From Saccostrea cucullata (lineage: Eukaryota), in the NCBI RefSeq assembly GCF_032062105.1, contig NW_026936686.1, positions 1 through 64,000 on the forward strand: a stretch of 64,000 nucleotides of DNA, given 5' to 3'. This document shows positions 61,115 to 64,000 of the stretch, in pieces. Made by a program: the position numbers and the translations under genes. The notes under the pieces were generated by a model. It saw nothing but the letters and a program-made list of their open reading frames with translations, made no database searches and had not been told where the DNA came from. Within the stretch, counting starts at the first letter, position 1, and each line of letters opens with the position of its first letter.

Positions 61115-64000
61115 ATGGCTGCGCCCATACGTAAAGTTGAGAGAGAATTGGATATTAAATTAAAGAGCGAACAGGTGGAAATATTGCAAAGCCTTGTGGA
61201 AAAGAGGGACTGTATGGCAGTTTTACCAACAGGGTTTGGCAAATCATTGCCTTTTCAACTTCTCCCGCTTGTTCAGAAGGAGATGGGTCGTACCGGCATG
61301 GTTCTGGTGTGCTGCCCGCTTGTGTCTTTAATGAGAGACCAAGTGGATAGAACAAATACAATTAAAGGCTTGACAGCGGCATACAAAGGTATATGGCTTT
61401 TAATATTATTTTGTAATTATATATATTCATAAATAATGAAATGAGGGAGACGAGGACTAACTCGTCACTAACACTTTGAGGAAATTCCGGTTATTGCAAG
61501 TCGTGAAGTTGACACGCTCAAGATTCCTCACTGCTCAAAAGCCCTGCGTGCTAAGTAAAGCTTTGAACTTAAAGCCCTTCATTGATGTTTGGGAATGTTT
61601 TATATTTGTGCGAAAATGTAAAAATTCTCACATCAGACGTAAAACAATAAATAAACAGGTCCAGCACAATCTCTTGATTTAGCTATATAGCTTGAAATAG
61701 CTATATAGCTTGATTTAGCTATTTAAAATAGCTTGATTTAGGTATTTCATCATACTTTTTTTCTAAATTTGTGTAATTTTTTCAGTAGGTATAAAAATTC
61801 TAACTTTAATGCAGTGATAGTTTGGAACTTTGAACTGTTCTGTAAACAATGCATGTGAAAATTGCTAATCAAAACACGTCTCTTTCATAGACTTTGCACT
61901 CAAAGTTCTAAAAGTTTTGGGGCTCTCTAAGGCAATTGATTCATGACCACACAGTTACTTCTGGAATGAAATTATAAAGGAGGTAAAGATAATTGATTGG
62001 TGATAATTCAGCACAATATGAAGCAATCATACTTATCCATGCCTCAATGCACACAAAGTGGTGTACAGTTACCCAAACAATGGAAATACATCTTTTGCTT
62101 AAAAGTGTTCAAAAGCTGCAATGTTAAAATTATCTTTCATTTGGGTTGCTTTTTTGAAAGTCCATAGTACAAATATGAGTAATCACAAACTTGCGACTTT
62201 TTGTCTACTTCTTTAAAAAACCATTTCTGTGAAAAAGTGCATATAAATAGCTTTATCAAGCTATTCTGAATAGCTTAATAAAGCTATATACCTATTTCAA
62301 GCTATATGGCTAAATCAAGAGATTGTGCTGGACCTGATAAACAAACCACAGTGACTCAGATGAGAGTTGAATCAATAAATATGCAAACATGGTAATTCAT
62401 AATGTGCAAGCATTTTGTTTGAATTTGGCAGTTTACTCGATATAATTAGGTTCTGAAATAAAATATTCTATTTAATAGGTCAAACTCCTGATTTGGACAA
62501 GGAGATATTGGATGGGAAAATTGATGTTGTGTATGGGAGTCCCGAGTCATTACTGGGTGAATGGAGGGAACAGCTGCAACATCTTGATGTATCTGCTATT
62601 GTCATTGATGAATTTCATTTGATTTCCACATGGTAAGTAGTCAGTTAATATGTTTGATGGTGCGACCGTTGGAGCGAGGGCAGTTTTGTATATTTTAAAA
62701 ACCATTTCTAGATCTGCCTCTTCAAACCACACAAGACTCATGAAGGTTAAAGGTCAGATGCACTCGGTCTAGACTGTGACGTCACATCATTTGTATGTTA
62801 ATTTTGTTTCCTTTATGAGTGTAAAAAGTGAAAGTTTTTTTAATGGTGAGCATTTAATCTGTTTTATATCTGCAATTTCCATTAAAGCAAGACGAGTTTC
62901 TTTTTTTATTTGTGAATTTTTCCTTGGTTGTCGGAGAACGTAGTTTAGAAAACTGAAAGCGGTGCATTGTGGGTCCATAGGTACTGCGGAAAAAAATTCT
63001 ATTGAATCAATGTGCAGCAGTCCAAATTTTCTCTTCCCTCAGGCATTGCTTTAGGAGCTCGCAGTGATGCTGCGCTCGCTATAATAAGAATTGTTGGTAC
63101 AAGTAGAAACAGTTCCAATACGCTTTTCATAAAATTTAAATAACTCTGAGTTACCTTCTTAATATTAAGAAATGGAAGAAGAAATCTTCCTTAACAATTT
63201 TCTTGAAATATTTTAGGGGAGATGATGATGCACAAAATGGGAAGAAGGCATTCCGACGGTGGCTTGGTGAGCTGGGAGAACTTAGATCCCTGTTCCCTAG
63301 TGCTCCTTTGTTGGCTCTGAGTGCGACATGTACACAGAACATACAGAGACGAGTCATCAAAGCCTTAGCCTTGAATCATCACACATACGTGTATAAATCC
63401 CCTGACAAGAGGAACATCAAGTATAGTGTTAAAAAAGTTCCCGGTGACATTGATATGGCATGGACATGGTTAGTGGATGGTCTCATGGAACTGGGAGCTT
63501 TGTTTCCAAAAACACTTATATACTGTAAGTCCATTAGTGATGTAGCGAAGATCTATGACTACATAAATGATGAGGTGTCCAAAGAATTTGAGTCATTCAT
63601 TGGTATGTTTCACTCTGAGACGGAGAGTTCTATAAAGGAAAGAATATTGTTATCTATCAGGGATGAGCAGAGCCTACTGAGGATCATCATATCCACAAAT
63701 GCAATGGGTATGGGAGTGGACTTTAAGGGTCTGTCTAACATTGTTTTATATGGCCCACCTTGTTCAATGCTCGATCTCGTTCAAGAAATTGGACGTGCAG
63801 GGAGGGGGGGGGGGTGAGAAGTCTATAGCCGTACTTATGTACAACTCTCATCACCTGCAACAGTGTGACTCTGACGTGAAGAGACTTTATAAAGAGAACA
63901 CATGCAGAAGAATTCTGATGATGGAACCATTTCTCAGAGAGAATGATCTGGATGATCTCAAATCCAGCACTGGAGACTGTACCTGCTGTGATATTTGCCA
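61115..64000 (+). CDS. RecQ-family (SF2) helicase, minimal core + Zn-binding domain. Exons 61115-61388, 62479-62632, 63217->64000; +1 frameshift in the G11 run 63804-63814
   Basis: Motifs LPTGFGKS, PLVSLMRDQ, YGSPE, VIDEFH, ALSAT, STNAMGMGVD, QEIGRAGR. After the shift the frame continues with CRR...CCDIC. Splice phases 1 and 2 are consistent. Confidence 0.9.
61656..62336. mobile_element. MITE with CAG termini and 5-bp TSD (ATAAA) in RecQ intron 1
   Basis: ataaa|CAGGTCCAGCACAATCTCTTGATTTAGC ... GCTAAATCAAGAGATTGTGCTGGACCTG|ataaa. Confidence 0.85.

Larger units (their letters stand above)
60920..64000 (+). mobile_element. Left part of an AcademH-like (RecQ-helicase-encoding) DNA transposon
   Basis: Sequence departs from the upstream duplicate exactly at 60920 (CAATCTAATTAAAATTAGA, YR terminus). 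A minimal RecQ gene starts 195 bp inside. The right end and any transposase are outside the window. Confidence 0.6.

Noticed and set aside
52350-64000. YqaJ + RecQ as one recombination module or endogenous virus
   Set aside because: The two genes sit in separately bounded insertions, and no capsid, polymerase or packaging genes are present.

Overview
AT-rich, intron-containing animal DNA dominated by transposons. The repeat families and the cGLR type suggest a bivalve, probably an oyster (inference). Main contents: (1) a ~14.7-kb, apparently intact autonomous Helentron (1821-16528, minus strand). It encodes a ~2,520-aa protein with a herpes-tegument-like cysteine protease, a 17-aa charged repeat, a HUH Rep domain, a PIF1 helicase and an AP/EEP endonuclease. 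Its ends match the local satellite-bearing non-autonomous HINE elements. (2) A five-exon gene for a ~232-aa secreted protein (18607-33945) whose 14-kb third intron holds a 9.4-kb CACTG element. (3) A frameshifted Mab-21/cGAS-like receptor gene (39342-41363). (4) The most unusual object: a 6.7-kb element (51615-58296) with 52-bp CAC-terminal inverted repeats and a 5-bp target-site duplication. It carries two convergent genes: a P-like DDE transposase with a YqaJ (lambda-exonuclease-type) nuclease inserted between its first two catalytic Asp motifs, and a six-finger C2H2 protein whose start codon lies inside the TIR. (5) The left part of an AcademH-like RecQ-helicase element from 60920 to the window end. 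MITEs, tRNA-derived SINEs and tandem repeats fill the rest. All calls come from reading motifs by eye; no database search was run.
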